From the NCBI GenBank assembly GCA_964573615.1, contig CAZNKD010000008.1, forward strand, positions 12,026 through 76,025: DNA of 64,000 nucleotides. The letters are read 5' to 3'. Source of the stretch: an uncultured Desulfobacterales bacterium (GTDB taxonomy: Bacteria; Desulfobacterota; Dissulfuribacteria; Dissulfuribacterales; QOAL01). Made by a program: the position numbers and the translations under genes. Under the pieces are notes generated by a model. The model made no database searches. It was not told the origin of the DNA and saw nothing but the letters and a program-made list of their open reading frames with translations. Positions 1 through 11,825 of this stretch are shown here, piece by piece (the first letter of the stretch is position 1; each line of letters opens with the position of its first letter).

Positions 1-5
1 TCTGG

Positions 6-1428
<1,423 letters not shown>

Positions 1429-1449
1429 GCCCGGAGGCAAGAGCGATAG

Positions 1450-4014
1450 ATGGAGCCGGCTGCCATTCAGGAAAGGGAGATAATCCGCTTCCTCACCCCC
1501 AGACAGGCCCTTTCCGCCCTCTGGGACAAGGGACTCAAGGGGCGCCGGCTCCTTGAGCACCACAGCTCCCTTATAGACGGCTTCATACAGGATCGCTTTC
1601 ATGAGGTGGTAAAGGAGGGCGGGCAGACTCCTGTCGCCCTCGTCGCCCTGGGGGGCTATGGCCGCCAGGAGCTCTTTCCATTCTCCGACATAGACCTGCT
1701 CCTTCTCTATGCCCCTGAGAGCGAGGGAATCATCGAGGCGGTGACCGATGCCGTCTTCTATCCCTTGTGGGATGCCGGTCTCGACGTCGGCCATGGGGTG
1801 CGCACCATAGAGCAGTGCCTGGAGGACATGGAAGAGGACTTCTTCTTCCAGGTGGCCCTGCTGGATGCACGTTTCCTTTGCGGGGACAGGGCGCTCTTCT
1901 CCAGGCTGCAGGAGAGGTTTCGTGCCTGGTTCAGCCAGGGCAGGCGGCGCAGGTTTGCCGAAGACATGATGGCTCACCGCCTCGAGCGCCACAAGCGTTT
2001 TGGCGATCACACCTACATGCTCGAGCCAAACATAAAGGAGTCCAGGGGCGGGCTTCGCGATCTTCAGAGCATGCTCTGGACCGCCCAGGTGCTCTTTGGG
2101 CTGAAGGGCTTGTCCCGTTTCCAGGCAGAGGGTCTCATGACCTCCCAGGAGGCTGCGCAGGTCCAGGAGGCCACAGACCAGCTCATCATTGTAAGAAACC
2201 GCCTGCACTATGTGAGCGGCAGAAAGAACGATCGGCTCTATTTCGAGTATCAGGAGGAGATCGCAAAGGCCCTGCGCCACTACGATTCCCAGGGGCTGAT
2301 GGGGGTGGAGCGCTTCATGCGCTCGGTCCACAAGGCACTCAAGACCATATCCATCGCCTCTGATATGTTCTTCGAGCATGTCTCGGAGGTGATCTCTGCA
2401 AAGGGCCCCGGCGGCCCCAAGGTCAAGGACCTGGGCGGGGGGATCACCCTGGTGGACGGAAGGGTGGGCCTCAGGGATGCAGAGAGCATCAGGGCCAAGC
2501 CCTGGGCCGTGTTCCGGGCATTTGCCCTGGCTGCAAAGCAGGGGCGCGGCCTCCATTTCAGGGCCAGACGGCTCATCTCCGAGCTGGTGCCAGAGCTCAA
2601 AGAGAAGTGGCAGGGCTCAAAGAGATGCGCAAACTACTTCTTTCAGGTCCTGGAAAATGCCCAAGGCCCAGAGATCCTGGAGCAGATGCTCGACTGCGGG
2701 CTCCTGACCGCCTTCATCCCGGAAATGGAGCACCTGAGATATCTGGTCCTGCATGACATATATCACGTGAATACCGTGGACAGGCACAGCCTCGAGACAG
2801 TGGCCAACATAAACAGGCTGAAGCCCAAGGAGCCAGAGGTGTTCATGGAGATCGAGGCCCCCCATGTGCTGAGGCTTGCCGGCCTGCTCCACGATGTGGG
2901 AAAGGGAAGGGGCGGAAGACATGCAGAAAAGGGTGCCGAGGTGGTCAAGGAGATAGGCCCGCGCCTTGGGTTGAGCCAGGCAGAGACGGAATGTCTCTCC
3001 TTCCTCGTGGGGCAGCACCTTTTCATGATGGATACCGCCACCAGGCGCGATCTCGAGGACGAGTCGCTCATATTGAAGTGTGCACGCACCATAGGCACAC
3101 TGGAGCGGCTGAATATGCTCTATGTCCTGAGCGTTGCCGACGCCCTTGCCACAGGCCCAAATGCCTGGAACGAATGGAAGGCGGCCCTGATCCTCGAGCT
3201 ATATCACAAGATAGCCCACCTGATAGAACAGGCAGACCTCATCGATCCGGACAGGGTCGCGGCGGTGGAGTGGATGAAGCAGCAGGTGAGGCAGCGCCTT
3301 GGGGAAGATGCGGACGAATATCTCCCCCTGCTTCCTGAGGACTACCTCTTGAGTTTTACGCCCGAGGCCATCCTCCACCACCTGGAGCTGTCCAAGGGCC
3401 TGGCCGGCCGCAAGGTGATCTGCGTGCCCGAGAACCGGGGAGATTACTGGTCCATCCTTCTCATCACCCGGGACAGGACAGGGCTCCTCGCAAAGATATG
3501 CGGTACCTTTGCACTTTATGGCCTGGACATCCTGCAGGCCAATATCTTCACCCTCAAAAACGGCATCGTAGTGGATGTGCTTGACGTGCGTTCGATGGTG
3601 AACAGCTCCTTCGAGGACGTGGACTGGAAGGGGCTCGAAAGGGATCTGCTCCTTGCCATCGACAACCGGCTCGGGCTCTCCCACAGGCTCGCTGCCAAGT
3701 ACAGGCGCCTCGGTTCGGCCGCCAAGCCCAAGATAGCCAAGCAGCCAAAGGTGGTGATAGACAATCAGATGTCGGACTTCTACACCATCATCGAGATCTA
3801 CGCCGAGGAGTCTCCCTGCCTCCTCTACAGTGTCACCAAGATCCTGGCCGACTTCAGTATCAACATCTTCAAGGCCAAGATCGGCTCCAGTGCCGATCAG
3901 GTGGTGGATGTGTTCTATGTGCTGGACAGCCTGGGACAGAGGATAGAGGACGAGGGCTTCAAGCGCGAGGTGGAGCAGGCCCTGCTCTATGCATCACAGG
4001 CATGCCTGTTCTGA
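1450..4014 (+). CDS. glnD: [Protein-PII] uridylyltransferase/uridylyl-removing enzyme
   Basis: GGYGR...SDIDLL nucleotidyltransferase motif, KESRGGLRD, HD motif LLHDVGKG, two C-terminal ACT-like segments. Confidence 0.94.
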   Translation: MEPAAIQEREIIRFLTPRQALSALWDKGLKGRRLLEHHSSLIDGFIQDRFHEVVKEGGQTPVALVALGGYGRQELFPFSDIDLLLLYAPESEGIIEAVTDAVFYPLWDAGLDVGHGVRTIEQCLEDMEEDFFFQVALLDARFLCGDRALFSRLQERFRAWFSQGRRRRFAEDMMAHRLERHKRFGDHTYMLEPNIKESRGGLRDLQSMLWTAQVLFGLKGLSRFQAEGLMTSQEAAQVQEATDQLIIVRNRLHYVSGRKNDRLYFEYQEEIAKALRHYDSQGLMGVERFMRSVHKALKTISIASDMFFEHVSEVISAKGPGGPKVKDLGGGITLVDGRVGLRDAESIRAKPWAVFRAFALAAKQGRGLHFRARRLISELVPELKEKWQGSKRCANYFFQVLENAQGPEILEQMLDCGLLTAFIPEMEHLRYLVLHDIYHVNTVDRHSLETVANINRLKPKEPEVFMEIEAPHVLRLAGLLHDVGKGRGGRHAEKGAEVVKEIGPRLGLSQAETECLSFLVGQHLFMMDTATRRDLEDESLILKCARTIGTLERLNMLYVLSVADALATGPNAWNEWKAALILELYHKIAHLIEQADLIDPDRVAAVEWMKQQVRQRLGEDADEYLPLLPEDYLLSFTPEAILHHLELSKGLAGRKVICVPENRGDYWSILLITRDRTGLLAKICGTFALYGLDILQANIFTLKNGIVVDVLDVRSMVNSSFEDVDWKGLERDLLLAIDNRLGLSHRLAAKYRRLGSAAKPKIAKQPKVVIDNQMSDFYTIIEIYAEESPCLLYSVTKILADFSINIFKAKIGSSADQVVDVFYVLDSLGQRIEDEGFKREVEQALLYASQACLF

Positions 4015-4230
4015 TGCTTTTCAGGCGCCTCTATTTGGGATGAAAATGAATTTATTTTCACAAAAATGTGATAAAGTTGATGCCATTTTGTAAACATTGT
4101 GCTAAAAAATCAGTTTGTGAACTGAAGGCTGGGGGCCGGGCAAGGCCTCTGGCACATGGAGCGAAAAAGGCCCGTGGAGGTGTGCCTTCGCGGCAGAGTT
4201 AATAAACACTGGACAAGGAGGAAAGATTTT

Positions 4231-5643
4231 ATGGGTCCAAAAGACGTACTCGATCTGATCAAGGAGAAGAACATCAAGGTGGTGGACATCAGGTTCCTGG
4301 ACTTCCCAGGCGTCTGGCAGCACTTTACAGTGCCTGCCTCCGAGATTGATGAAGGCGCATTCGAGGATGGCTTCGGCTTCGACGGCTCCAGCATGAGGGG
4401 CTGGCAGCCCATCCATGCAAGCGACATGCTGGTGGTGCCCGATCCATCGACTGCCCAGATGGATCCCTTCTTCGAGGAGCCCACACTGGTGCTCATCGGA
4501 GATATCGCGGATCCTGTCACCCGTGAGGCATACAGCAGGGATCCCAGGAACATCGCCAAGAAGGCAGAGGCATATCTCAAGAGCACGGGCCTTGGTGACA
4601 CCTGCTACATCGGTCCTGAGGCAGAGTTCTTCATCTTCGATGATGTCCGCTACGACAATGCATCCAACAGCTGCTTCTATGAAGTGGACTCCATCGAGGC
4701 CATCTGGAACACGGGCCGTGACGAGTGCCCCAACCTTGGATACAAGGCCAGGCACAAGGAGGGTTACTTCCCTGTTCCCCCCACCGACAAGTTCCAGGAC
4801 ATGAGGACAGAGATGATGCTGGTCCTGGAGCAGCTGGGCATAGACGTGGAGTGCCAGCACCACGAGGTCGCCACCGCCGGCCAGGCCGAGATCGACATGC
4901 GCTTCAAGCCCCTCCTGCAGATGGGGGATCAGCTCATGTGGTTCAAGTATGTGCTGAAGAATGTGGCCTGGAAGCATGGCCGCACCGTCACCTTCATGCC
5001 CAAGCCGCTCTATGGTGACAATGGAACCGGTATGCACACCCATATCTCCATCTGGAAGGATGGCGAGCCCACCTTTGCTGGAGACAAGTATGCCGGACTT
5101 TCCGAGAGCGCCATGTACGCCATCGGCGGAATCCTCAAGCACTGCCGTGCACTGTGCGCCTTCACCAATCCCTCAACCAACTCTTACAAGAGGCTGGTGC
5201 CCGGCTTCGAGGCACCGGTGAACCTGGCCTACTCCAGCCGCAACAGGAGCGCCTCTGTCAGGATCCCCATGTATTCAGCCTCTCCCAAGGCAAAGAGGAT
5301 CGAGTTCAGGACCCCTGACCCCTCCTGCAACGGATACCTTGCATTCTCTGCAATGCTCATGGCCGTGCTGGACGGCATCGAGAACAAGATCGATCCCGGC
5401 GAGCCAATGGACAAGAACATCTACGATCTTCCGCCTGAAGAGCTGGCCAACATCCCATCGGCCCCAGGCTCCCTGGACGAGGCCCTCCAGGCCCTCAAGG
5501 ATGATCACGAGTTCCTGCTCAAGGGCGATGTCTTCACCCAGGACGTCATCGACATGTGGATCAACTACAAGACCGAAAACGAGGTCAATCCCGTCAAACT
5601 CCGTCCGCATCCCTATGAGTTCTTCCTCTACTACGACATCTAA
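4231..5643 (+). CDS. glnA: Glutamine synthetase type I
   Basis: [46 protein letters not shown] motifs; start moved to ATG 4231 behind AAGGAGG. Confidence 0.97.
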   Translation: MGPKDVLDLIKEKNIKVVDIRFLDFPGVWQHFTVPASEIDEGAFEDGFGFDGSSMRGWQPIHASDMLVVPDPSTAQMDPFFEEPTLVLIGDIADPVTREAYSRDPRNIAKKAEAYLKSTGLGDTCYIGPEAEFFIFDDVRYDNASNSCFYEVDSIEAIWNTGRDECPNLGYKARHKEGYFPVPPTDKFQDMRTEMMLVLEQLGIDVECQHHEVATAGQAEIDMRFKPLLQMGDQLMWFKYVLKNVAWKHGRTVTFMPKPLYGDNGTGMHTHISIWKDGEPTFAGDKYAGLSESAMYAIGGILKHCRALCAFTNPSTNSYKRLVPGFEAPVNLAYSSRNRSASVRIPMYSASPKAKRIEFRTPDPSCNGYLAFSAMLMAVLDGIENKIDPGEPMDKNIYDLPPEELANIPSAPGSLDEALQALKDDHEFLLKGDVFTQDVIDMWINYKTENEVNPVKLRPHPYEFFLYYDI

Positions 5644-5687
5644 TGGGATCGCGGTAGCAAATACCCAGGCAAGGGCCTGAAATGAAA

Positions 5688-5723
5688 AGGGCTGCCTCCT
5701 TAGGGGGCAGCCCTCATTTTTTT
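5688..5723 (+). terminator. Intrinsic terminator after glnA, possibly bidirectional
   Basis: AGGGCTGCCTCC-TTAG-GGGGCAGCCCT followed by a T-run; convergent HIT gene ends at 5741. Confidence 0.8.
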
Positions 5724-5740
5724 CGTGTTCGGATATCTGT

Positions 5741-6085
5741 TTAGCCTGGGGGCCAGGTCATCTGCCTGCCTCCGATTATGTGCAGATGGATGTGGTAGAC
5801 CTCCTGGCCTCCATGCTTGTTGCAGTTGAAGACCAGGCGGTATCCGTCCTCGGCTATCCCTTCTTCGGCAGCTATCTTTTTGGCTGCAAGGAAGATCCTT
5901 CCTATAAGCTCGGCATGTTCATCCTCGAGGTGGTTGATGGTGGGTATGTGCTCCTTCGGGATGACAAGGATGTGCACAGGCCCCTGAGGGTTTATGTCCC
6001 TGAATGCCAGCACGTGTTCATCCTCATGGACCACGTCGGGCTTGATCTCTCCCTTTACCATCTTGCAGAACAGGCAGTCGGACAT
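5741..6085 (-). CDS. Histidine triad (HIT) nucleotide-binding protein
   Basis: MSDCLFCK start and HIHLHIIGG triad; start set at ATG 6085 behind AAGGAG. Confidence 0.92.
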   Translation of the reverse strand: MSDCLFCKMVKGEIKPDVVHEDEHVLAFRDINPQGPVHILVIPKEHIPTINHLEDEHAELIGRIFLAAKKIAAEEGIAEDGYRLVFNCNKHGGQEVYHIHLHIIGGRQMTWPPG

Positions 6086-6158
6086 GGGCAGGTTCTCCTT
6101 TTTCCGTTTTATGGTCGTCTTTTCAAAAAATAGTCTCCTGCCCCTGCCTTGGCAACCG

Positions 6159-6896
6159 TCAGCTGGTGAGCCCGATTGCATCAAACAGCATCATGAGCCC
6201 CATGAATATGAGAAGTACGTATATGGTCTTCAGATATCCGCTGTGGCTCATGCGCCCGTAGAGGGTGCTGCCTGCCAGGGTGCCGGCGGCCACAAGCGGG
6301 GCAGAGATGGCAAAGAGCTTCAGCACCGCCAGTGTGGTGAAGCCGCAAAGGGCGTGGCCTGCTGCGGCGAGGGTGCCAGTAAGGAGAAAGAAACCGGTGA
6401 GAGTCGCCTTCATCTGGTCCTTGTCCCAGTTGTTCAGGGTTACGTAGATGATGGTCGGGGGGCCGCCTGCGCTGAATGCTGCCCCGATGACGCCGGTCAG
6501 GAAACCGGCGAGTATGCCCCACGGCCTTGAAAGCCTCCGTTGCCTGGGGCGGTATGTGAGCTGAAACGTGCTATATCCTATGAGTATCAGGCCGAGAAAG
6601 AGCTTTATGGCCTGATCTTGGGCATTTTTTAGGATCTCGAGCCCTATCACTATGCCTGGAAGGCAGCCTGCAAAGAGCGGGGCGATCTTCTTGAGGTCGA
6701 GATGCCTCTTCATCTTGAGGCTCAGGATCAGGGTGATGAAGATCCCCATGAGGAGGCAGAAGGGGGTGGCCGTTCGGGCTGGCATGAAGAGGAGCAGAAG
6801 CGGCATGGCCACAAGGGCCGAGCCGAATCCGCTCAGCCCCTGTACGAATCCTGCCAGAAAGGCTATGGCCGCAACCAGCAGGAGATGGCTTTCCAT
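6159..6896 (-). CDS. Sulfite exporter TauE/SafE family membrane protein
   Basis: AGFVQGLSGFGSAL and GFLTGVIGAAFSAGGPP internal repeats, about 8 TM segments. Confidence 0.85.
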   Translation of the reverse strand: MESHLLLVAAIAFLAGFVQGLSGFGSALVAMPLLLLFMPARTATPFCLLMGIFITLILSLKMKRHLDLKKIAPLFAGCLPGIVIGLEILKNAQDQAIKLFLGLILIGYSTFQLTYRPRQRRLSRPWGILAGFLTGVIGAAFSAGGPPTIIYVTLNNWDKDQMKATLTGFFLLTGTLAAAGHALCGFTTLAVLKLFAISAPLVAAGTLAGSTLYGRMSHSGYLKTIYVLLIFMGLMMLFDAIGLTS

Positions 6897-6949
6897 AAAT
6901 AGAAAGGTCTGGTCTGTTCTCGTCCGGCCCTGTGAGGCCCTTGAGCCTG

Positions 6950-8149
6950 CTAAGAGGCGGCCTTGGCCCTCTCCACGGCCCTCTTGAACCCGTCCCTGGA
7001 GCGGGCGATTACTTCATCCTGGACACAGAAGGCCAGGCGGAAGTGGCCAGGAAGCCCGAAGCCCGTGCCTGGAACGGCAAGGATCAGCTCTTCCTGGAGG
7101 ATACGGGCAAACTCGGTATCATCCTTTATGGGGGAGACCGGGAAGAAATAGAAGGCACCCTGGGGCATGGTGAACTCCAGGCCGGCATCGGTCAGGATCT
7201 CTGCGAATAGATCACGCCTCCTTTCATAGATGGAACAGTCCACCTTGGCCTCAAGGGCGTCGGCCACAACCCGCTGCATCAGGGCCGGGGCGTTCACGAA
7301 GCCAAGGATACGGTTTGCCAGGGTCAGGGCACCAGAGAGCAGTTGACGCTCCTGTGCCTCCGGATGCACTGCCACATAGCCGATACGCTCTCCGGGGATG
7401 GACAGATCCTTGGAGAACGAGGTGGTAACGATGGTGTTTCTGTAGTGTTTCATCAGTGGCGGGACAGTGGCGCCGGTGAAGACAAGTTTCCTGTACGGCT
7501 CATCCGATACCAGGAATATGGTGTGGCCGACCTGCTCCGATGCCCTCTCCAGCAGGGCTGCCAGCTCCCTTATGGACCCTTCGTCATAGATGGCCCCTGA
7601 GGGGTTGTTGGGAGAGTTTATGAGGACCGCCTTGGTCTTTTCGTTGATTGCCTCCTCTATGGCCCCCATGTTCAGTGAGAAGTCGGGGTTGCACTCCACC
7701 GGGACCAGCCGCCCGCCGTGGTTGTCCACATAGAAGCCGTACTCCACGAAGAAGGGCCGGGGTACGATCACCTCTTCCCCGGGATTCAGGATGGCCTTGA
7801 ATATGATATTGAGGCCTCCGGCAGCACCCACCGTCATGATGACATCGTCCACCTTCGGCAGCACCTTGTGGGCCCGTTCCACCTCCTGGGCTATCCGCTG
7901 CCTCACCTGCGGGAAACCGGCGTTTGGCATGTAGGAGTGGAGTCCGGGGGTGGTATCCGTGGCCCACTTCTCCAGGGCCCTTTGAAACTCGGGCGGCGGG
8001 GCGAGGTCTGGATTTCCGAGGCTGAAGTCACACACCTTGTCCGGGCCATGCTCGGCCTTGAGACGGGCGCCCTCTTCGAACATCTTCCGTATCCAAGAAG
8101 CCCGCTCCATGAATTCCGTCATCTTGCCTGCTATAGCTGAAGTCGCCAT
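6950..8149 (-). CDS. Class I/II PLP-dependent aminotransferase (aspartate aminotransferase-like)
   Basis: [29 protein letters not shown] (PLP Lys); start set at ATG 8149. Confidence 0.92.
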   Translation of the reverse strand: MATSAIAGKMTEFMERASWIRKMFEEGARLKAEHGPDKVCDFSLGNPDLAPPPEFQRALEKWATDTTPGLHSYMPNAGFPQVRQRIAQEVERAHKVLPKVDDVIMTVGAAGGLNIIFKAILNPGEEVIVPRPFFVEYGFYVDNHGGRLVPVECNPDFSLNMGAIEEAINEKTKAVLINSPNNPSGAIYDEGSIRELAALLERASEQVGHTIFLVSDEPYRKLVFTGATVPPLMKHYRNTIVTTSFSKDLSIPGERIGYVAVHPEAQERQLLSGALTLANRILGFVNAPALMQRVVADALEAKVDCSIYERRRDLFAEILTDAGLEFTMPQGAFYFFPVSPIKDDTEFARILQEELILAVPGTGFGLPGHFRLAFCVQDEVIARSRDGFKRAVERAKAAS

Positions 8150-8208
8150 CTGTGCCTCTTCACCTCCTGGTTTATTTTTCTCAGGAGTTAGACTATAACT
8201 TAGCTGCC

Positions 8209-8880
8209 ATGAAAGTACAGATAGCACCGTCGATTTTGTCAGCCGATTTTGCAAGGCTCGGTCAGGAGATCAGGGCCGTGGAGGAGGCCGGAGCCGATCT
8301 CATCCATGTGGATGTGATGGATGGCCGGTTCGTGCCCAACATCACCATCGGCCCCCTTGTGGTTGAGGCGATCAGGCCGGTGACGGATCTTCCTCTCGAT
8401 GTGCACCTGATGATCGTCGAGCCCGACCGGTATGTGGAATCCTTCGCCAAGGCCGGTGCAGACATCATCACCGTCCATGTGGAGGCCTGCACCCATCTCC
8501 ACAGGAGCATCCAGGGCATCAAGGCATTGGGGGTTCGGGCAGGGGCCGTTCTCAACCCGGCCACGCCCCTCGATACCATAGAATATGTCCTGGAGGATCT
8601 GGATATGGTGCTGATAATGAGTGTGAATCCGGGCTTTGGCGGGCAGCTCTTCATCCCCTCGGCCCTCGAGAAGATCAGGCGCTTGAGGCGCATGATAGAT
8701 GAGGCCGGCCTGGACGTCACCATAGAGGTGGATGGCGGGGTAAACCTGTCCACCATAAGGGATGTGGTGGCCGCAGGGGCAGATATCTGTGTGGCCGGCT
8801 CCGCTGTCTTCGGCAGGGATGACTATGCAGAGGCCATCAGGGAGCTAAAGGGTGCATGTCTTGAGCGGGCCGAGTGCTGA
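8209..8880 (+). CDS. rpe: Ribulose-phosphate 3-epimerase
   Basis: [37 protein letters not shown]. Confidence 0.97.
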   Translation: MKVQIAPSILSADFARLGQEIRAVEEAGADLIHVDVMDGRFVPNITIGPLVVEAIRPVTDLPLDVHLMIVEPDRYVESFAKAGADIITVHVEACTHLHRSIQGIKALGVRAGAVLNPATPLDTIEYVLEDLDMVLIMSVNPGFGGQLFIPSALEKIRRLRRMIDEAGLDVTIEVDGGVNLSTIRDVVAAGADICVAGSAVFGRDDYAEAIRELKGACLERAEC

Positions 8881-8910
8881 TGCCCTTTTGTCAGAGGAAT
8901 GTAGGGGGCC

Positions 8911-9816
8911 TCAGGGGGATATCCTGAGGGAAGGCAGGTCGGGGATGGCCTTGGCCTCCATGAACCGTTCGATGCCGTCAAGGATCCTCAGGGCGCTTGC
9001 CGGCTCCACCAAAGTGGCCGTGCCCACCTGTATGGCACTGGCCCCTGCCATCAGGAACTCCACTCCGTCCTGCCAGGTGGTGATGCCGCCTATTCCTATC
9101 ACAGGGATCTGAACGCACCTCGCCACCTGCCAGACCATCCGTAGGGCCACGGGTTTTATGGCCGGACCAGAAAGGCCGCCAAAGATGTTGCCGAGCACCG
9201 GCCTTTTCCTCTCTATGTCGATGGCCATGCCCAGAAGGGTGTTGATGAGGCTGATGCCATCTGCCCCTTCGTCTTCGACTGCCCTTGCTATCTCGCACAC
9301 ATTCGTGACATTGGGGGATAGCTTTACGATTACAGGCAGATCGGTCGCCTCCTTCACCCGCCGTGTCACCTGGGCGGCAAGCCGGGCCGAGGTGCCGAAG
9401 GCAACTCCGCCCTCCTTCACGTTGGGGCAGGAGATGTTGACCTCCAGGGCGGCAATGCCTTCGACGCCTGACAGCCGCCTGGCGATCTGGCCATATTCAT
9501 CGAGGCTGCTTCCGAGGATGTTGACTATCACGGCACACCCAAGCCCTTGGAGCCAGGGCAGCATGGAGGCCAGGAACTTCTCCACGCCCACGTTTTCAAG
9601 GCCTATGGCATTGAGAAGGCCGCAGGGTGTTTCATAGACCCTGGGCGGCGGATTCCCGGCCCGGGGCTCCAGGGAGATCCCCTTCGTCACTATTCCCCCT
9701 ATGCGCTCAAGATCGAGCAGATCGGCCAGCTCGGCCCCGTAGCCGCAGGTGCCAGAGGCCAGCAGGACCGGATTTTTGAGCCTTATAAAGCCCAGGTCGG
9801 CGGTGAGATCAGTCAT
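8911..9816 (-). CDS. pyrD: Dihydroorotate dehydrogenase family 1B catalytic subunit
   Basis: NPVLLASGTCG, LNAIGLENVG, EVNISCPN, VKLSPNV, GGLSGPAIKP; adjacent to pyrK. Confidence 0.95.
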   Translation of the reverse strand: MTDLTADLGFIRLKNPVLLASGTCGYGAELADLLDLERIGGIVTKGISLEPRAGNPPPRVYETPCGLLNAIGLENVGVEKFLASMLPWLQGLGCAVIVNILGSSLDEYGQIARRLSGVEGIAALEVNISCPNVKEGGVAFGTSARLAAQVTRRVKEATDLPVIVKLSPNVTNVCEIARAVEDEGADGISLINTLLGMAIDIERKRPVLGNIFGGLSGPAIKPVALRMVWQVARCVQIPVIGIGGITTWQDGVEFLMAGASAIQVGTATLVEPASALRILDGIERFMEAKAIPDLPSLRISP

Positions 9817-9818
9817 GA

Positions 9819-10649
9819 TCAGATCCTCTCCCAGTCTATCTGAGAAGCATCGAAAACCGGGCCCTCCTTGCATACATGGAGATAGCCATCCCCTGAACCA
9901 TCCCCAGAACCGTCTCCTGAAGAGGCGGGCACGGCACAGCCGAGACAGAGGCCGCTTCCACAGGCCATGAAGGCCTCCAGGGATACCTGACACGGACAGT
10001 CATAGTGGCTTGAAAGGCGCACCACCGCCTTCAGCATGGGCACAGGGCCACAGGCCAGTATCTGGATACGCTTGCGGTCCTGCCTGTCCAGGCCGGCGAG
10101 CATCCGGTCCAGGACCTCGGTAACGAGGCCCCTGGTGCCGAGGCTGCCATCCTCCGTGGCGATGAGCAGCTCAAGCCCTGTCCTGGTGAAGGTATCGAGG
10201 CGCAGTATCTGGCCTCTGGTGATGGCGCCAAGGCAAATGATACCCCTTTGCCCCTTTAGCCTCTCTGCCAGAAAGAGCAGCGGGGCAACCCCGAGCCCAC
10301 CGCCCACCAGTACGGGGATGGCCCCATCCCGGACGTGAAAGCCCCTGCCGAGCGGGCCGAGTATCTGGATGTGGTGGCCTGGCTGCCTCCTCGAAAGTAG
10401 CATGGTACCCTTTCCCACCACGCGGTAGAGAAAATCGGCCCTTGACCGCTCCCTGTTCACCCTATGGATGGAAAGCGGCCTTCTGAGAAGGGGGTCAAGC
10501 ACCTCTTCTCCTGTAGCCCTAAGCATCGCAAACTGTCCGGGGATGGCCTGGTTTGCAAACTCTGGGGCCGCAACCTGGAGCAGGAAGGTCTCTGGTGCAA
10601 CCTGCCTGTTGGAGACTATCTCATAGATGTGATCGAAGCGTCTGGGCAT
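9819..10649 (-). CDS. pyrK: Dihydroorotate dehydrogenase electron transfer subunit
   Basis: RRPLSI FAD motif, GPLGRGF, GGGLGVAP, ACGP, CGSGLCLGC...VC [2Fe-2S] ligands. Confidence 0.93.
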   Translation of the reverse strand: MPRRFDHIYEIVSNRQVAPETFLLQVAAPEFANQAIPGQFAMLRATGEEVLDPLLRRPLSIHRVNRERSRADFLYRVVGKGTMLLSRRQPGHHIQILGPLGRGFHVRDGAIPVLVGGGLGVAPLLFLAERLKGQRGIICLGAITRGQILRLDTFTRTGLELLIATEDGSLGTRGLVTEVLDRMLAGLDRQDRKRIQILACGPVPMLKAVVRLSSHYDCPCQVSLEAFMACGSGLCLGCAVPASSGDGSGDGSGDGYLHVCKEGPVFDASQIDWERI

Positions 10650-10674
10650 TGTTCGTCTGTCGCCTGTTTCCTTG

Positions 10675-11583
10675 TCAGCCCCCCATGAAGATGGCCGCCG
10701 TGGTAGAGGTGAAAAGGATTATGCTTATCGCTGCGTTCAGCCGGAAAAAGGCGATGTTCATGCGGCTCAGATCGCTCGGGGTTATGACCCGTCTCTGAAG
10801 TACCAGCAGGATGAAGGTGATGGCCGTTCCGAGATAATAGATCCACGAAAGCCCTGCGCTAAGCCCGGCCGCCACAAAGGCGGCAAAGGCGATGGCATGA
10901 AAGAGGGAAGAGACCATGAAGGCCTTCTCCACCCCTATGGATGCAGGGATCGAGTGGAGCCCCTCCTTGCGATCGAACTCCGCATCCTGACAGGCATAGA
11001 GTATGTCGAAGCCCGCTATCCAGAACATCACCCCCAGACTCAGGAGGATGGGGGTGAGGGTTATGGAGTTCTGCACAGCTATCCATCCGGCAGTGGGTGT
11101 GATTCCTATGCCAAGGCCGAGAAAGAGGTGGCACAAGGGGGTAAAGCGCTTGGTATAGGAGTAGAAGACCAGGATGGCCAGGATGAAGGGCGAGAGCTTG
11201 AGGGCAAGGGGGGTGAGATTTGCACAGGCGAGGAAATAGACCAGGGCCGCCACTGCCACCATGATCCATGCCTCGGCCTGTCCGATTGCCCCTGTAACAA
11301 GCGGCCTGTCAGCGGTACGCGGGTTTTTGGCATCAAAGTGGTAGTCCACGATCCTGTTTACGCCCATGGCCACGGTGCGCCCCCCTACCATGGCCAGCAG
11401 GATGAAGAGGCAACTTTTGGGCTCAGGCACCCCCCTTGCCGCGAGAAATGCCCCTACGTATGCAAAGGGCAGGGCAAAGATGGTGTGTTCAAACTTGATC
11501 ATGTCCAGGAAGACCTTGATCTTCCTGAATGTGCCGGCCTTGATGTCTCTTTTTTCCTTACTTTTTTCCTTAACTGGTGACAT
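10675..11583 (-). CDS. ubiA: UbiA-family prenyltransferase (MqnP-like)
   Basis: KFEHTIFALPF, NRIVDYHFDAKNPRTADRP, DILYACQDAEFD. Confidence 0.88.
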   Translation of the reverse strand: MSPVKEKSKEKRDIKAGTFRKIKVFLDMIKFEHTIFALPFAYVGAFLAARGVPEPKSCLFILLAMVGGRTVAMGVNRIVDYHFDAKNPRTADRPLVTGAIGQAEAWIMVAVAALVYFLACANLTPLALKLSPFILAILVFYSYTKRFTPLCHLFLGLGIGITPTAGWIAVQNSITLTPILLSLGVMFWIAGFDILYACQDAEFDRKEGLHSIPASIGVEKAFMVSSLFHAIAFAAFVAAGLSAGLSWIYYLGTAITFILLVLQRRVITPSDLSRMNIAFFRLNAAISIILFTSTTAAIFMGG

Positions 11584-11679
11584 ACCGGTAAAAGGCTACG
11601 CTGTTGAGGGACTCTTTTCAAGTACAGAAGTGGGATGGAAGGATGGATGGAACATGGCGTTGCTAATGAGAATCATTTT

Positions 11680-11811
11680 TTGTGCAAATTGTGCAATCTT
11701 TTTGAAAAATATAATTCCATAAAGAATTATTTTTTCTTGATTCCTGCAATTTCCTGTGTTAAACCTCTCTTTAAGAAAAAATTCTTTGGGCAGTTTGCAC
11801 AATTTGCACAA
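11680..11811. repeat. Perfect 17-bp inverted repeat flanking a 98-bp AT-rich spacer
   Basis: TTGTGCAAATTGTGCAA at 11680-11696 and TTGCACAATTTGCACAA at 11795-11811; each arm is TTGTGCAA twice with 9-bp period. Confidence 0.95.
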
Positions 11812-11825
11812 TGAAAGCAGATAGA

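Noticed and set aside
4150-4164. TGGCAC upstream of glnA as a sigma54 promoter
   Set aside because: The -24 box is perfect but the -12 position reads GCGA; GG-N10-GC spacing is not met
11648-11664. TGGAAC-N6-TTGCT as a sigma54 promoter for the hydrogenase operon
   Set aside because: Spacing is one base too long, and sigma54 spacing is strict
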